Below are positions 27,501 to 40,887 of a stretch of DNA of 64,000 nucleotides, piece after piece. The notes under the pieces are model-generated. The model was not told where the DNA came from. It did no database searches and saw only the letters and a program-made list of their open reading frames with translations. Each line of letters starts with the position of its first letter. Positions within the stretch are counted from its first letter, which is position 1. The DNA comes from the human T2T-CHM13v2.0 reference genome, Homo sapiens, in NCBI RefSeq assembly GCF_009914755.1, contig NC_060927.1. One strand, 5' to 3'. The position numbers and the translations under genes were made by a program.

Positions 27501-30500
27501 TGGAAAGACATCACATGTTAATAGTCTGAAACAGTTAATATTGTTAAAATGACAATAGTATCCAAAGTGTTTTACAGACTCAATACTATCTCTATAAACA
27601 TACTGTTCTCATCCTTCACAAAAATAGAAATAAATGTATTCTAAAATTAATATAGAATACAAAAGACCCAGAATAACCAAAGCAATCGTAAGCAAAAAGA
27701 ACAAAGCTAGAGCCATCACACTATGAGATTTCAAAATATGCTGTAAAACTAAAGTAACCAAAACAGCGTGGCGCTAACAAAAACAGACACGTACACCAAT
27801 GAAACAGACTATAAAACCCAGAAATAAATCCATGTTTTTGCAGCAGACAGATTTTTGACAAGGACACTAAAAACATAAAATGGAGAAATATAGTCCCTTT
27901 AATAAATGATGTGGGGAAAGCTAGATAACCATATGCAGAATTATGAAACTAGATACCAATATTTCACCATATACAAAAATAAAATCAAATTTGATTAAAG
28001 ACACAATGCAAGATTCAAAACTATATAAAACCACTAGAAGAAAATATAGTGGGAGTGCTTCGGGACAGTGATGTGAGAAAAAATTTCATGGTTTAGATCT
28101 GAAAAGCACAGGAAATAAAAGCAAAACCATAAAAATGGTTTATGTCAAACTAAAGTGCTTCTGCAGAGCAAACAATTGACAGAGTAAAGAGACAACCTAC
28201 ACAATGTGAGAATGTATTTGCAAACTATTCACCTCAGAGGAAATTAATGTCTAGAATATGCAAGGATCTCAAATGATAGCAATAATAATAATAACAATAA
28301 TCTGATTTTTAAATGTGCAAATGATCTAGAGACATTTCTCAAAGGAATGCATAAAAATGTCCAACAAACATATGAAAAAAATGCTCAGCATCACTATTCA
28401 TAAGAGCAATGCAAATCAAAACCATAATGGGATATCATGTGACCCTAATTAGAATAACTGTCATCAAAAATATCAGAAACACCAAAAATAAGAAATGCTG
28501 ATATGGGTGTAGAAAAAAGGGAACATTTATACTCTGTTAGTGAAAATGTAAACTGGTAAAGTTATTTTGGAGGACAACATGGAAATTCCTCCAAAAACTA
28601 GAAATAGACCTACCATATGATTCAGCAATCCCACCACCGGGCCTATATCGAAGTAAAAGAAAATCGATCTATCAAAGTGATATTTGCCCCCCATGATTAT
28701 TACAGCTTTATTCACAATTGCCAAGATAGGAAATCAATCTAAAGTGTCCATCAACAGATAAATGGGTAAAGAAAATGTGGTATATACACACAATGGAATA
28801 CTATTCAGCCATAAAAAAATAGAAATCATGATATTTGTAGCAATAAAGATGAGCTTGGAGAAAATTATATTAAGTGAAATAAGCTGCATACAGAAAAGTA
28901 AATATTGCATTTTCTTACCCTACTGTGGAAGAAAAAAACTTGATCTCATAGCATTAGGGAGTAGAAAATGGTTACTAGAGGCTGAGGGGAAAGAGGATGG
29001 GAAAAGATTGATTAAAGGGCACAAAATTACAGCTAGATAGGAGAAAAAATTTCTAGCATTTTGCAGCGCTGTAGGAACATTATAGTTAACAAGAATTTAT
29101 TATATATTTTCAAACAGAAGAAAATATTTTTAGTGTTCCTAATACAAGAAATAATAAATTTTGAAGTGATGGATATGCTAGGTACACTAATTTGATCATT
29201 AAACATTGTATGTATAAAAATATGACTGTGTTTTATTAATATGTGTAATTACTATGTTCAATTTTTAAAAACTAAAAAGAAAAAAATTGATCGTAGTTTG
29301 AGGAGTCTTTGGTGGCTAGAATTTGTGGACCGAGTACTAGAGGGGATGCAACTACACAGTTAGAAAACTCAAATATATGTGCAAGATATCATCGAGTTGT
29401 TGGCTAAGTACAGATCTTAGTGAGAGAAAACTCTGAATGTAGGGAAAGAATTACCATAAAGAAGACAGAGAACAATTCAGAGTTCTTAAATTGCTAGCAA
29501 TAATTTGTGGCCCCACCAGCTGAAACAGGAAGGCCTCATAAAATACAGAGGGTTGCGTAGAATATGCAAAGAGCTAACACTTTAGTGGTAGGGAGAAATT
29601 AGCCCTAGACTAAAGGTTTCCCTGGATGTATTCTAACAAACCTTAAAGGCAAACACTGAAAAAATATGCTTATTCTAAGGGTCATGTGCACCAAAAGAAT
29701 GTCCAAAATTATACATGGGAATTTTTTTTAAAACACTTCAAGGAGCAACGTAAAATCAAAACTGTTAAGCATTAATGAAAAATTACCAGGGAAGCAAAGA
29801 AGCAATATGATATAACAATAAATTAGAGAAATTTTAATGAATGTGAACAAACCCATAAATGATAGAGATGACAGAAACTATCAGAGTACGACATTAAAAT
29901 GTTTATGAGATATGCAGAAACTACAACAAAGACCTAAGTGAGAAGTCTAGAGATTAAATAATTATCTTAACTGAAAAAAAGCACCAACTGTATTAATAAC
30001 ATATTAGAAGTTGGAGACAAACAGATAAACTTGATGACAAAGTCCACAGTTATTCAAAATGAAAAAAAGACAGAAAATATATTAAGAAAATATAAATGAA
30101 CCATCAATCGCCTTGGAGAAAAAGGCCCTACATATACCAAGTTGCACTCCCAAAAGGAAGAGAGTTGGCAAAAACTTAGAAGAATTAATTAATAAAATTT
30201 TTAAGATTTGATAAGAATTATATACTCACAGGACTAAGAAAGTAAATGAACATTAAGCAGAAAAACCTGACAAAATGCCAAGACATGTTATGGCCAAAAT
30301 TCTGAAAGCCAGTGCAACAAGAAAATATTTCTTTATTTGTTTTTATTGATACATAATTGATATACATATTGTCAGGGTATGTATGATATTTCAATATATT
30401 CTTATAATTTATAAAGGTCAAATCAGTGTAATTAGGAACCCTATCACCTTAAATATTTTTCTTTTCATACTACAACAAATTTTTAATTATTCTGTTCCAG

Positions 30501-32992
30501 CTATTTTGAAATATACAACAGATTACTGAAAACTACAGTCACCCTAATTATCTATAAGACACTAGATCTTATTTGTTTTATCAGACTGTATATTTGTACC
30601 TGTTAATCAATTTCTCTTCAACTACTCTTACCCCTACTCTTCCCAGACTCTGGTAAACAGCAGTCTACTCTTTATCTGCATAAGATTCACTTTTTTACCT
30701 CCCACATATGAGTTAGGACATGCAGTATTTGCCATTCTGCACTTGGCTTATTTCCCTTAACATAATGGCCACCATCCATGCAGTCTCATCCGTGTGGCTG
30801 CAAAAGACAGGATTTCATTCTTTTTAATGATGAATAATATTCCATTGTGTGTGTATATACATATATATATCTATATTTTATTGTGTATATATGTATATAC
30901 ACACACATATAAACACACACACACACATATGTGTGTGTGTGTTTATGTGTGTGTGTGTCACATTTTCTTTTTCTATTCTTCCACTAATGAGCATTTAGGC
31001 TGATTGCATATTTTGGCTATTGTGAATAATGCTACAATAATGGTGGCAGTGCTTATATCTCTTCGATATATGAATTTCCCTTCTTTTGGTTATATACCCA
31101 GTAGTGGAGTTGTTGGGTCATATGGTAGTTCTATTTTTAGTTTTTGAGGAACTTCCACTGAGTTTTCCATAGTGGCTGTACCAGTTCACATTCCCACTAA
31201 CAGTATATGAGGCTGCCCCTTTTTCTACACCCCTGCCAGAATCTGTTACTCCTTATCTTTTTGATAAAAGCTATTTTAACTCAGGTGAAATGACATCTCA
31301 TTGTGGTATTAATTTGCATTTCTCTGATAATTAGTGATGGCATTTTTAAATATAACTGTTGGCCATTTGCTTTTTCTCTTCTAAGAAATGTATATTCAAA
31401 TATTCGGCTCATTTTAAATTTGATTGATTTATTGCTATTGGGTTGTTTAACCTTTATATGTTCTGATGACTAATGCCTTATTAATTAAATAGTTTGCAAA
31501 GGTTTTCTCTCATTCTTGAGTTATCTCTTCACTTTGTTACTATTTCCTTTGCTGTGCAGAAGTTTTATAGCTTGATGTTATCCCATTTATCTATTTTTGG
31601 TTTTGTTGCCTGTGATTTTGAGTTTATACACAAAAAACATTGACCAAGATCAACATCTTGGAACATTTCTTGGTTTTCTTCTAAGAGTTTTATGATTTCA
31701 GCTCTTAAATATAAGTTTTAACTATTTTCATTAAGTTTTTGCATATTTTGAGAGATATGGATCCAGAGTTACTATTTTTCAAATGGTTATCCAGTTTTCC
31801 CAGCACCAATAACTAAAGACATTGCCTTTTTCCCATTGTATGTTCTTGGCACTTTTGTCAAAATTAGTTGGTTTGTAAAACTGCATAGACTTATCTGTGG
31901 ATTGTCAATTGTCAATTGGTCTATGTGTCTGTTTAGGTGACAATACCATTTTGATTTGGTAACTACAGCTTTGCAGTATATTTTGAAGTCAGGTTGTTTG
32001 ATGCCTAAAGCTTTTTTCTTTTTGCTCAGGATTGCTTTAGCTATTTGGATTGTTTGTGGTTCCACATAAATTACAGAAGTTCTTTCTCTATTTCTGTAAA
32101 GAATGTCATTGATATTTTGGTAGAAAATTCATTGAATCTGTAATTTACTGTGAGGTCAGGTTGTTATTTTAAATATACTAAATCTTTCAGTATATAAGCA
32201 TGGCTTTCATTTTTTGTGCATCTTCTTTAATTTCTTTCATTTTGTAGTTTTCTTTGTATAGATCTAGCATTTCTTTGGCTAGATTGATTTCTAGGTATTT
32301 TATATTCTTTGTATCTATTTTTAATGGGATTTCTTTTTATTTCATTTGTATATTGTTCACTGTTGTTATATATAAATGATACTAATATTTGAATGTTGAT
32401 TTTGTATCCTGCAACTTTACAAAATGTGTTTATCATTTCTAAGAGTTTTTGGTGGAGTCTTTAGGTTTTCCTAACTATAAGATTATATTGTCTGTGAATA
32501 AAGCCAATTTGACTTCTTTCTTTCCAATTTTGATGCCCTTTATTTATTTCTCCTGCCTAATTGCTCTGGCCAGCACTACCAGTATTATGTTGAAAAAAAA
32601 GGGGTGAAAGTTAGCATCCTTGTCTTGCTCCATATCTTAAAGGAAAGGCTTTCAATTTTTTTTCTGATTCATTATGATGTTAACTGTGGTTTATCATAAG
32701 TGACTTTTATTACTTTGAGGTTAGTTCTTTCTATTCCTAGTTTGTCAAATATTTTTTTAATCATAAAGAGTTGTTGATTTTTTATTAAATGCTTGTTAAG
32801 GATCTATTGATAGAATCATATGATTTTTGTTCTTAGTTCTGTTAATTTAATGTATCACATTTATTAATTTGCATATGTTGAAACAGTGTTTCATCCCTGA
32901 AATGAATCCCATTTGATCATGTGAATGGTGTTTTTAATTTGTTGTTGAATTTAATTCGCTAGTATTATGTTGAGGATTTTTGGATCTATGTC

Positions 32993-33486
32993 TGTAGGAG
33001 ATTGGTCAGGGTGGTGGGAAGAATTACAGGGAAAGACGGAAACCTTCTTGGAAGGCCAGGAGGGTTTGCAAAAGCGTCAGTAGAGAATTTAAGCTGAAGG
33101 TGGCTAATTCTCTTACCCTGATGCAGAGGGCAACGGGTACATAACAAGGGAATGTAAAGAAACTTATCTAGGTAAATTGGTTTACTTATGTCTCTGGAAA
33201 CCAACCTTTGATCATTCACGCACAGGATTGCTCTCTACTCAGGGAGTCAGCAATGTTAATTACTGACAAATTGTGTTTGCTCCAGGCCTTTTTCATTATG
33301 TCTGTACTAAATAAATGCAAATGGCTCCAGCTTATTGGGGCTGCACTTACATCGTTAGCGATGCTGCACTCTCATTGGAGGGTGCCAAGCAGTGCAGTCC
33401 CTTAGCCGGGCTATCAGGTAAAAATATCTGTGTCTGCATACGGCTTTCATCCGTTGCTCTGCCAGGGTCTGCGGGAGGACTCGGCA
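32993..33486 (+). mobile_element. LTR22-type solo LTR (HERV-K HML-5)
   Basis: TGTAGGAGATTGGTCAGGGTGGTGGGAA...CCAGGGTCTGCGGGAGGACTCGGCA; internal AATAAA; 6-bp TSD TATGTC / TGTGTC. Confidence 0.88.
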
Positions 33487-34176
33487 TGTGTCCATCAGTG
33501 ATATTGGCCTATAGTTTTCTTTTTTTCTCGTACCTGTCTCTGGTTTTAGTATCACAGTAATATTGGCCTTGTAGAATGCATATGAAAGTATTTCTTTCTT
33601 GTCAATAGTTTTGAAAATATTAACTGGAATTTGTATTAATTCTTCTTTAAATGTTTGGTAGAATTAAGCATTGAAGCGATTAAGTTCTGTGCTTTTCTTT
33701 GATGGGAGACTTCCTTAGGCTTTAATCATGTTATTCATTAGGGTTAATTGAGGTTTTCTACTTCTTTAAGGTTCAATTTTGGTAGTTTTTGTGTCCAGGC
33801 ATTTATTTATTCACTTATTTTAGGTTTTCTAACTTGTTGGTGTATAGTTATTCATTTATTTTAGGTTTTCTAATATGTTGGTGTATAGTTAGTTATTCAT
33901 AATAGTCTCTAAGGATTCTTTTTATTTCTGTGATCTGTTATCAAATCTCTTATTTTGTATCTGATTTTGTTTATTTTGGAATTCTCTCTTTCTTACTTAG
34001 TTATTCCAGGTAAAGTCTGTCAATTTTATTGCCTTTTAAAACTTTTATTTTTGTCTATCTATCTTCTGTATTGTTGTTTTAGTCTCAATTTCATTTATTT
34101 CTGCTTCATTAAAAAAATTGTCCTTATGCTAATTTAGAGTTTGGTTTGTTTTTCCTTTTCTAGTCCCCCCGACCCC

Positions 34177-34477
34177 TTTTTTTTTTTTTTTTTTTGAGAC
34201 AGAGCCTTTCTCTGCTTCCCAGACTGGAGTTCAGTGGCATTATCTCAGCTTACTGCAATTTCAACCTCCTCGGTTCAAGCAATTGTCCTGCCTCAGCCTC
34301 TGAAGTAGCTGAGATTACAGGTGGGCACCACCATGCCTGGCTAATTTTTGAATTTTTAGTAGAGACAGCGTTTTGCCATGTTGGCCAGGCTGGTCTCAAA
34401 CTCTGGACCTCAAGTGTTCCGCCCACCTTGGCCTCCTAAACTGCTGAGATTACAAGCATGAGCCACCACACCCTGCC
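34177..34477 (-). mobile_element. AluS
   Basis: Full antisense dimer; TSD approximately TTTCCTTTTCTAGT / TTTCTTTTTTAGT. Confidence 0.95.
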
Positions 34478-37422
34478 TTTCTTTTTTAGTTCCTTGATGA
34501 TCTTTACTAGGTGGTTTATTTAAAGTCTTCCTACTATTTCTAAATAAACATTTATTGCTGTAAACTTCTCTCTTAGTAATGTTTCTGTTCTATTTCACTG
34601 ATTTTGGTATTTTGTATTTTCATTTGTTTCAAGAGTTTGTTTAATTTTCTTCTTAATATTTTTATTGAACCATTGGTTATTCAGAAACATGTTGTTTAAT
34701 GTCCATGTGTTGGTATCTCTTTACAGGCTGCCTTTCTTGTTGATTTTTATTTTTAATACATTGTGGTCAATAAAGACCACAGTGGATGTTTGATTTGATC
34801 TCTACATTTTTTAATTAGTTGAGATTTGTTGTGTGGCCTAAGATAGTGTCTATTCCTGGGAGTGTTTCAAGTGCTGGTGAAAAGAATGTGTATTCTCCAG
34901 CAATTGGATGAAATGTTCTATAAATGACAGTTACGCTTATTTGGTATAGTGAGTAGGTGAACTCCAATTTATCTTTGTTGATTTTGTGCCTGCATAATCT
35001 CTCCATTACTGAGAATTGGGTGTTGAATTTCCATTCTATTACTGTATTGCAGTTTATCTCTCTTTTTATATTTATTAAATTTGCTTTATGTACTTGGGAA
35101 CTCTGGTGTTGTGTACATAAGTGTTTATAATTGTTATTTTGTCTTGATGAATTGACTCCATTATCATTATTTAATACCCTTATTTGTCTCTTTCAACAGT
35201 CATTCATTTGTAGTCTACTTTAGCTGATATAATCGTAGCTACCCAGTCTCTTTCTTATGTTCCTGATGCATGGAATATCTTTTTCCATTCCCTTGCTTTC
35301 AGTCTATGTGGGTTTTTATTGGTGAAGTGGATTTCTTGTAGGTAATACATCGCTGGATCTTGTTGCTTTATTATCAATTCATTCAGCCACTGTGTGCCTT
35401 TTAACAAGATAATTGAGTCAATTTACATTCATTGTTACTGATGAATAAGTACTTAATATTGCTATTATCTTGCCTGTTTTCTCATTTTGTAAGTTCTCTT
35501 ATTCTTTCTTTCTTAGTAACTTTCTTTGTTGTTAGGTGATTTTCTACAGCAGTAGGTTTTAATTTTTTCATTTCTTTCAGTGAATCTATTATAAGGTTAT
35601 CCACTGTTATGTCCATAAGGCTTACAAAAAATGTCTTATAAGAATAATGTTATATTACAAAGATGACAAATTAACATATTAGAAAGAAAAGATTAGAAAC
35701 AAACATATGAAACAATAAACTCTACATTTTAACTTCATCTGTTCTACATTTTGACTTTATTTTGTCTCAATTTACATATTTTCTTATTGCTTATTACTAA
35801 ACAGATTCTATAGCTATTAATGTTTACGATAGGTTTGTCTTTTGGGCTTCATACTAAAGTTATAAGTGGATGGCACACCCCAATTACAGTAGTAGTGTAT
35901 AATGGATTTCCCTGTGTACTTAATTTTTCTATTAGGTTTTATATCTTTAAATTTTTTTTTTGTTTTCTTATACATTAGTGTTTTATTCTTCCAAACTGAA
36001 AAACTCCACTAATCATTTCTTGTAAGATGGATCTGGTGGTGGTGTATTCTCTCAGCCCTTGTTTATCTTAGTAAGACTTTATCTCTTTTTCATATTTCAA
36101 GTGTCACTCTGCTGGATGCAGTATTCTTGGATAACAGTTTTTTTTTTTTTTCTTTCAGCACTTGGAAAACATTGTCTCACCTCCTCCTGGCCTGTTTGAT
36201 TTTCATTGAGAAATCTGTTTCCAGAAGAATTAGAGCTCCATTATGTTATTTGCTTCTTTTCTCTTACATTATTAGCATTGTCTCTTTGTTCGTGATCTTT
36301 CTGATTTGAGTATTTTTTGCCTTGTCATAGCCTTTTTGTGATCTAGTGTTTTTTTTTACCTGACCTTCTTGTATCTGGATATTAATCTTTTTCTCAAGCA
36401 CTTGAAAGTTTTCTGCCATTACTTCTTCGAATAAGCTTTCTACCCTCTATCTCAACTCCCTCTTGACACCAATATTTTTAAATTTAGTCTTTTGAGATAA
36501 TTTTCTATATTTTGTAAGCAATTTTGATTCCTTTTGATTCCTCATTTTCCCCCCAACTGTATATTTTCCAAGAGCTAGACTTCAAGCTCACTGATTCACT
36601 TGTGTGCTTGATTTATTGTGATGTTGAGTCTCCAAGGAATTTTCAGGTTCAGCAAATTTATTTATTAGTTTCAAGCTTTCTGGTTGATTTTTAAAGAATT
36701 ATTCCAATATTTTTGTTAAATTTATCTGACAAATTTTTAATTGCCTTTCTGTGCTATTTTTTTTTCAATCAAAAACTGCTATTTTGAATTATTGGTCAGA
36801 GGGTTCAAATATTACAGCCTCATTAGGGTCTGACAAAGGTTCCTTGCTTTGTCTGTTTGGGGAGCCCATGGTTCCCTGTTTGTTGTTGTTTCTTGTGGAT
36901 GTACATCTATACCTTTTTATTTTTGTATTATTTATTTATTTCAGTCTTCTCTTTCTGGCTTATTTGATTTTATTGAATATATTTTTTAGAAATTCTTTAA
37001 AATTTTCCTTCCTTCCTTCCTTTCTTTTCTTTCTTCTCATTTTCTTCTGCTATATTTCTCTCTTCTTTTTGGCACTAGATGGCTCCTTGAGCCCAGGCTT
37101 GTATCAGTTCTATTGAGTGCCACCATTTTCATATGGGAGTCTGTACTGAGGATACCTGTGGAACAAACTGTTTATAAGTATCCTCAGTACAGACTCCTAG
37201 ACAGCCATCCTACACTACTGGGATATCCACTTTGGGAGCTCCCCCATGTGAAAATGGTCACAAATATGGACCATGTCCAGATAATGAGATAAAAGAAGTT
37301 CAAAAAATTTAAAACCTAGAAAGTATGTTACTGAATTATATAAAAACTCGAAACAGATTTTAAAATTATCAGAGTAAAATTATATTTGAATATTAAACAA
37401 CAAAATTGTAAATAATCCATTG

Positions 37423-38451
37423 TGTTGCGGGAAATCAGGGACCCCGAAAGGAGGGACCGGCTGAAGCCATGGTAGAAGAACATAAATTGTGAAGATTTCA
37501 TGGACATTTCTTAGTTCCCCAAATTAATACTTTAATAATTTCTTATGTCTGTCTTTACTGCAATCTCTGAACACAAATTGTGAAGATTCCATGAACATTT
37601 ATCACTTCCCCAATCAATACTCTTGTGATTTCCTATGCCTGTCTTTAATCTCTTAATCCCATCATCTTCGTAAGCTGAGGATGAATGTCACCTCAGGACC
37701 CTGTGATGATTGTGTTAACTGCACAGATTGTTTAAACAATATGAAATCTGGACACCTTGAAAAAAGAACAGGATAACAGTGATGTTCAGGGAACAAGGGA
37801 GATAACCTTAAAGTCTGGCTGCCTGTGGGCAGGGCAATTCAGAGCCATATTTCTCTTATTACCAAAAATGGGTAAGATAATTTTGGCTGAATTCTTTGCC
37901 CGGTAAGGAATATTAATAATTAGCAGCCCTGGGAAAAGAATGCATTCCCAGGGTGTGGCCTCTAAAATGGCCACCCTGGGAGTGTCTGCCTTTATGCAGA
38001 TGCAGATAGGGATGAAACATGCCCTAGTCTCCTGCAGCGCCCCCAGGCTTGCTAGGATTAGGAAATTCCAGCCTGGCACATTCTAGTCAGACTGGTTCTC
38101 TGCTCTTGAACTCTGACAATGCATGCACAGAGGGACATGAAATTTCATTATTGATTCTAGTTTTGCCCTGACCTTCTGCCTTGTGATCTTTTGTCGCTCT
38201 TGAAGCATGTGATCTCTGTGACCCACACCCTATTCGTGTACTCCCTTCCCGTTGAAAATTGCTAATAAAAACTTGCTGGTTTTACGGCTCAGTGGGCATC
38301 ACAGAACCTGCTGACATGTGATGTCTCCCCTGGACATTCAGCTTTAAAATTTATCTTTTGTACTCTTTCCCTTTATTTCTCAGACTGGCTGACACTTAGG
38401 GAAAATAGATAAGAACCCACGTGAAATATCGGGGGTGAATTTCCCCTGATA
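37423..38451 (+). mobile_element. MER11-type solo LTR (HERV-K HML-8, MER11C-like)
   Basis: TGTTGCGGGAAATCAGGGACCCCG...GAATTTCCCCTGATA; internal tandem repeat of AAATTGTGAAGATT; AATAAA near 38265; 6-bp TSD CCATTG / CCGTTG. Confidence 0.9.
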
Positions 38452-39044
38452 CCGTTGGTTAAATAAGAGCTCAGAAAGAAAATGAGAAAGTAGCTCATAT
38501 CAAATAAAAATATAAACACAAAATATTAAAGTGTGTGAGATGTAGCTAAAACACTGTTTGCAGGGAAATTGTAATATTCAATGCTTATATTTGAAAAAAA
38601 TCCCATGACTATCTAATGTTCTAGCATAAGAAATTAGAAAAAATTATAAAGATTCTATGCAAGTAGAAAAAGAGGGAACATGGGCAGAAATCAACAAAAC
38701 TGAGCATAGATAAAAAATGTACAAAAATCAATGAAACCAAATGCTGGTTCTTTGACAAGATAAATAAAATCAGAAACTTCCAGCCAGACTGCCCAAGTTA
38801 ACAGTGAAGGAGCTTTCAAGTATAAATAATAGCACAGAATATGAATTATTCTTGCATACCTTCAAGATTAAATAAATAAAATTAAAATATTTTATGAGCA
38901 GTTATATGCCTATAAATTGACAGCTTATGAGAAATAGACAAATTCCTTGAAAGACACAAATTGCCAAAGTTCGCTCAAGAACAACTGATAAACTGAAAGA
39001 TCCTGTATTTATTAAACAAATAGCATTCATATGTAAAACTCTGC

Positions 39045-40250
39045 ACTGAAACTGGAACCCTTCCTTACACCTTATACAAAAATTAACTCAAAATGGATTA
39101 AATATTTAAACCTAAGACATAAAACCATAAAAACCCTAGAAGAAATCCTAGGCAATACCATTCAGGACATAGGCATGGGCAAAGACTTCATGACCAAAAC
39201 ACCAAAAGCAATGGCAACACAAGCCAAAATTGACAAATGGGATCTAATTAAACTAAAGAGCTTCTGCACAGCAAAAGAAACTATCATCAGAGTGAACAGG
39301 CAACCTGCAGAATGGGAGAAAAATTTTGCAATCTATCCTTCTGACAAAGGCTAATATCCATAATCTACAAGGGACTTAAACGAATTTACAAGAATAAAAC
39401 AACCCCATCAAAAAGTGGGCGAAGGATATGAACAGACAATTCTCAAAAGAAGACATTTATGCAGCCAACAAACATATGAAAAAAAGCTCATCATCACTAG
39501 TCATTAGAGAAACGCAAATCAAAACCACAATGAGATACCATCTCACGCCAGTTAGGCAATCATTAAAAAGTCTGGAAACAACAGATGATGGAGAGGATGT
39601 GGAGAAATAGGAATGCTTTTACACTGTTGGTGGGAGTGTAAATTAGTTCAACCACTGTGGAAGACAGTATGGGGATTCCTCAAGAATCTAGAACCAGAAA
39701 TACCATTTGACTCAGCAATACCATTACTGGGTATAGACCCAAAGGATTATAAATCATTCTACTATAAAGACACATGCACATATTTGTTTATTGCAGCACT
39801 ATTCACAATAGCAAAGACTTGGAACCAACCCAAATGTCCATCAAAGATAGACTGGATAAAGAAAATGTGGCATGTATACACCATGGAATACTATACAGCC
39901 TTAAAAAAGGATGAGTTCTTGTCCTTTGCAGGGACATGGATGAAGCTGGAAATCATCATTCTCAGCAAACTAACACAAGAACAGAAAACCAAACACCACA
40001 TGTTCTCACTCATAAGTGGGAGTTGAACAATAAGAACACATGGACACAGGGATAGAAACATCACACATGAGGGCCTGTCGAGGGGTAAGGGGTTAGGGGA
40101 GGGATAGCATTAGGGGAAACACCTTATGTAGATGACAGTTTGAAGGGTGTAGCAAACCACCATGGCACGTGTATACTTATGTAACAAACCTGCATGTTCT
40201 GCACATGTATCCCAGAACTTAAAGTATATTAAAAATAAAAAATAAAATAA
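39045..40250 (+). mobile_element. 5'-truncated L1PA7-like LINE-1
   Basis: ORF2p C-terminus open at 39613-40026 (LLHCWWECK...HMFSLISGS*); 3' UTR GGGATAGCATTAGG...ATGTAGATGAC; A-rich tail. Confidence 0.93.
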
Positions 40251-40474
40251 AACCACAATTAGATACTATTTCATACTTTTTAGAATAGCTATAATTTAAA
40301 AACTAAAAATAATTAAAGCGGCAATACCAAGTGCTAGCAAGGGTTTAGAGTACTAATACTTCACAATTAGTTGAAAGCAAAGCAAAATGACAGTCACTTT
40401 AAAAACCAATTCAGCAGTTTTTAACAAACTTTTATTAAACATACACTTTTATTACCTGAAGCAGGTATCCTACT

Positions 40475-40887
40475 TGATTTAGTTTGGATTTTTGTCCCCA
40501 CCAAATCTCCTGTTGAAATATGACTGTCCCATGTTGGAAGTGGGACCTAGTGAGAGGTATTTGGGTCATGGAAGTTTATCCTTCATGAATGGTTTGGTGC
40601 ACTCCCTGTGGTAATGAGTTCTTGGTATGTTAGCTCAAACATGAGCTGGTTGTTTAAAAGTGCTTGGCAACCCCTCCTTTCTTTTTCTCCCTCTCTCTCC
40701 ATGTGACTCACTGGCTCCCCTTGCTTTCTGCCTTCAGTAAAAGATTTCTGCGGCCCTCACTAGAAGCAGATGACAGCACTATACTTCTTATACAGTCTGC
40801 AGATACGTGAGTCAAACAAACCTCTTTTCTTCATAAATTAGCCAGCCTCAGGTACTCCTTTATAGCAATGCAAAATGGACCAACACA
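40475..40887 (+). mobile_element. MSTB-like MaLR solo LTR
   Basis: TGATTTAGTTTGGAT...CCTTTATAGCAATGCAAAATGGACCAACACA; perfect 5-bp TSD CTACT (40470-40474 and 40888-40892). Confidence 0.9.

Larger units (their letters stand above)
22422..29286 (+). mobile_element. Near full-length old L1 (L1MA4A/L1MA5-like 3' end) with 5' UTR, ORF1 and ORF2; contains two Alus
   Basis: Starts GTGATGTCAGCAAGAT (decayed L1 5' YY1 box); ORF1 and ORF2 similarity; 3' UTR AAAATTACAGCTAGATAGGAG...GTGATGGATATGCTA and an A-rich tail. Confidence 0.8.
30328..37110 (-). mobile_element. L1MA4/L1MA5-like LINE-1, antisense (3' end at 30328, extending to the ORF1/5' region)
   Basis: Antisense 3' UTR TTTTATTGATACATAATT...AGCTATTTTGAAATATACAA; minus-strand ORF2p peptides (IAKAILSKK...PDFKIYCKAVVTK, KVAGYKINIQ, KKENYRPISLM). 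Confidence 0.85.

Noticed and set aside
37478-37650. Tandem duplication inside the MER11 LTR
   Set aside because: As I recall, this is part of the MER11 consensus rather than locus-specific.
39613-40026. 137-aa ORF
   Set aside because: It is the ORF2p C-terminus of a 5'-truncated, promoterless L1.
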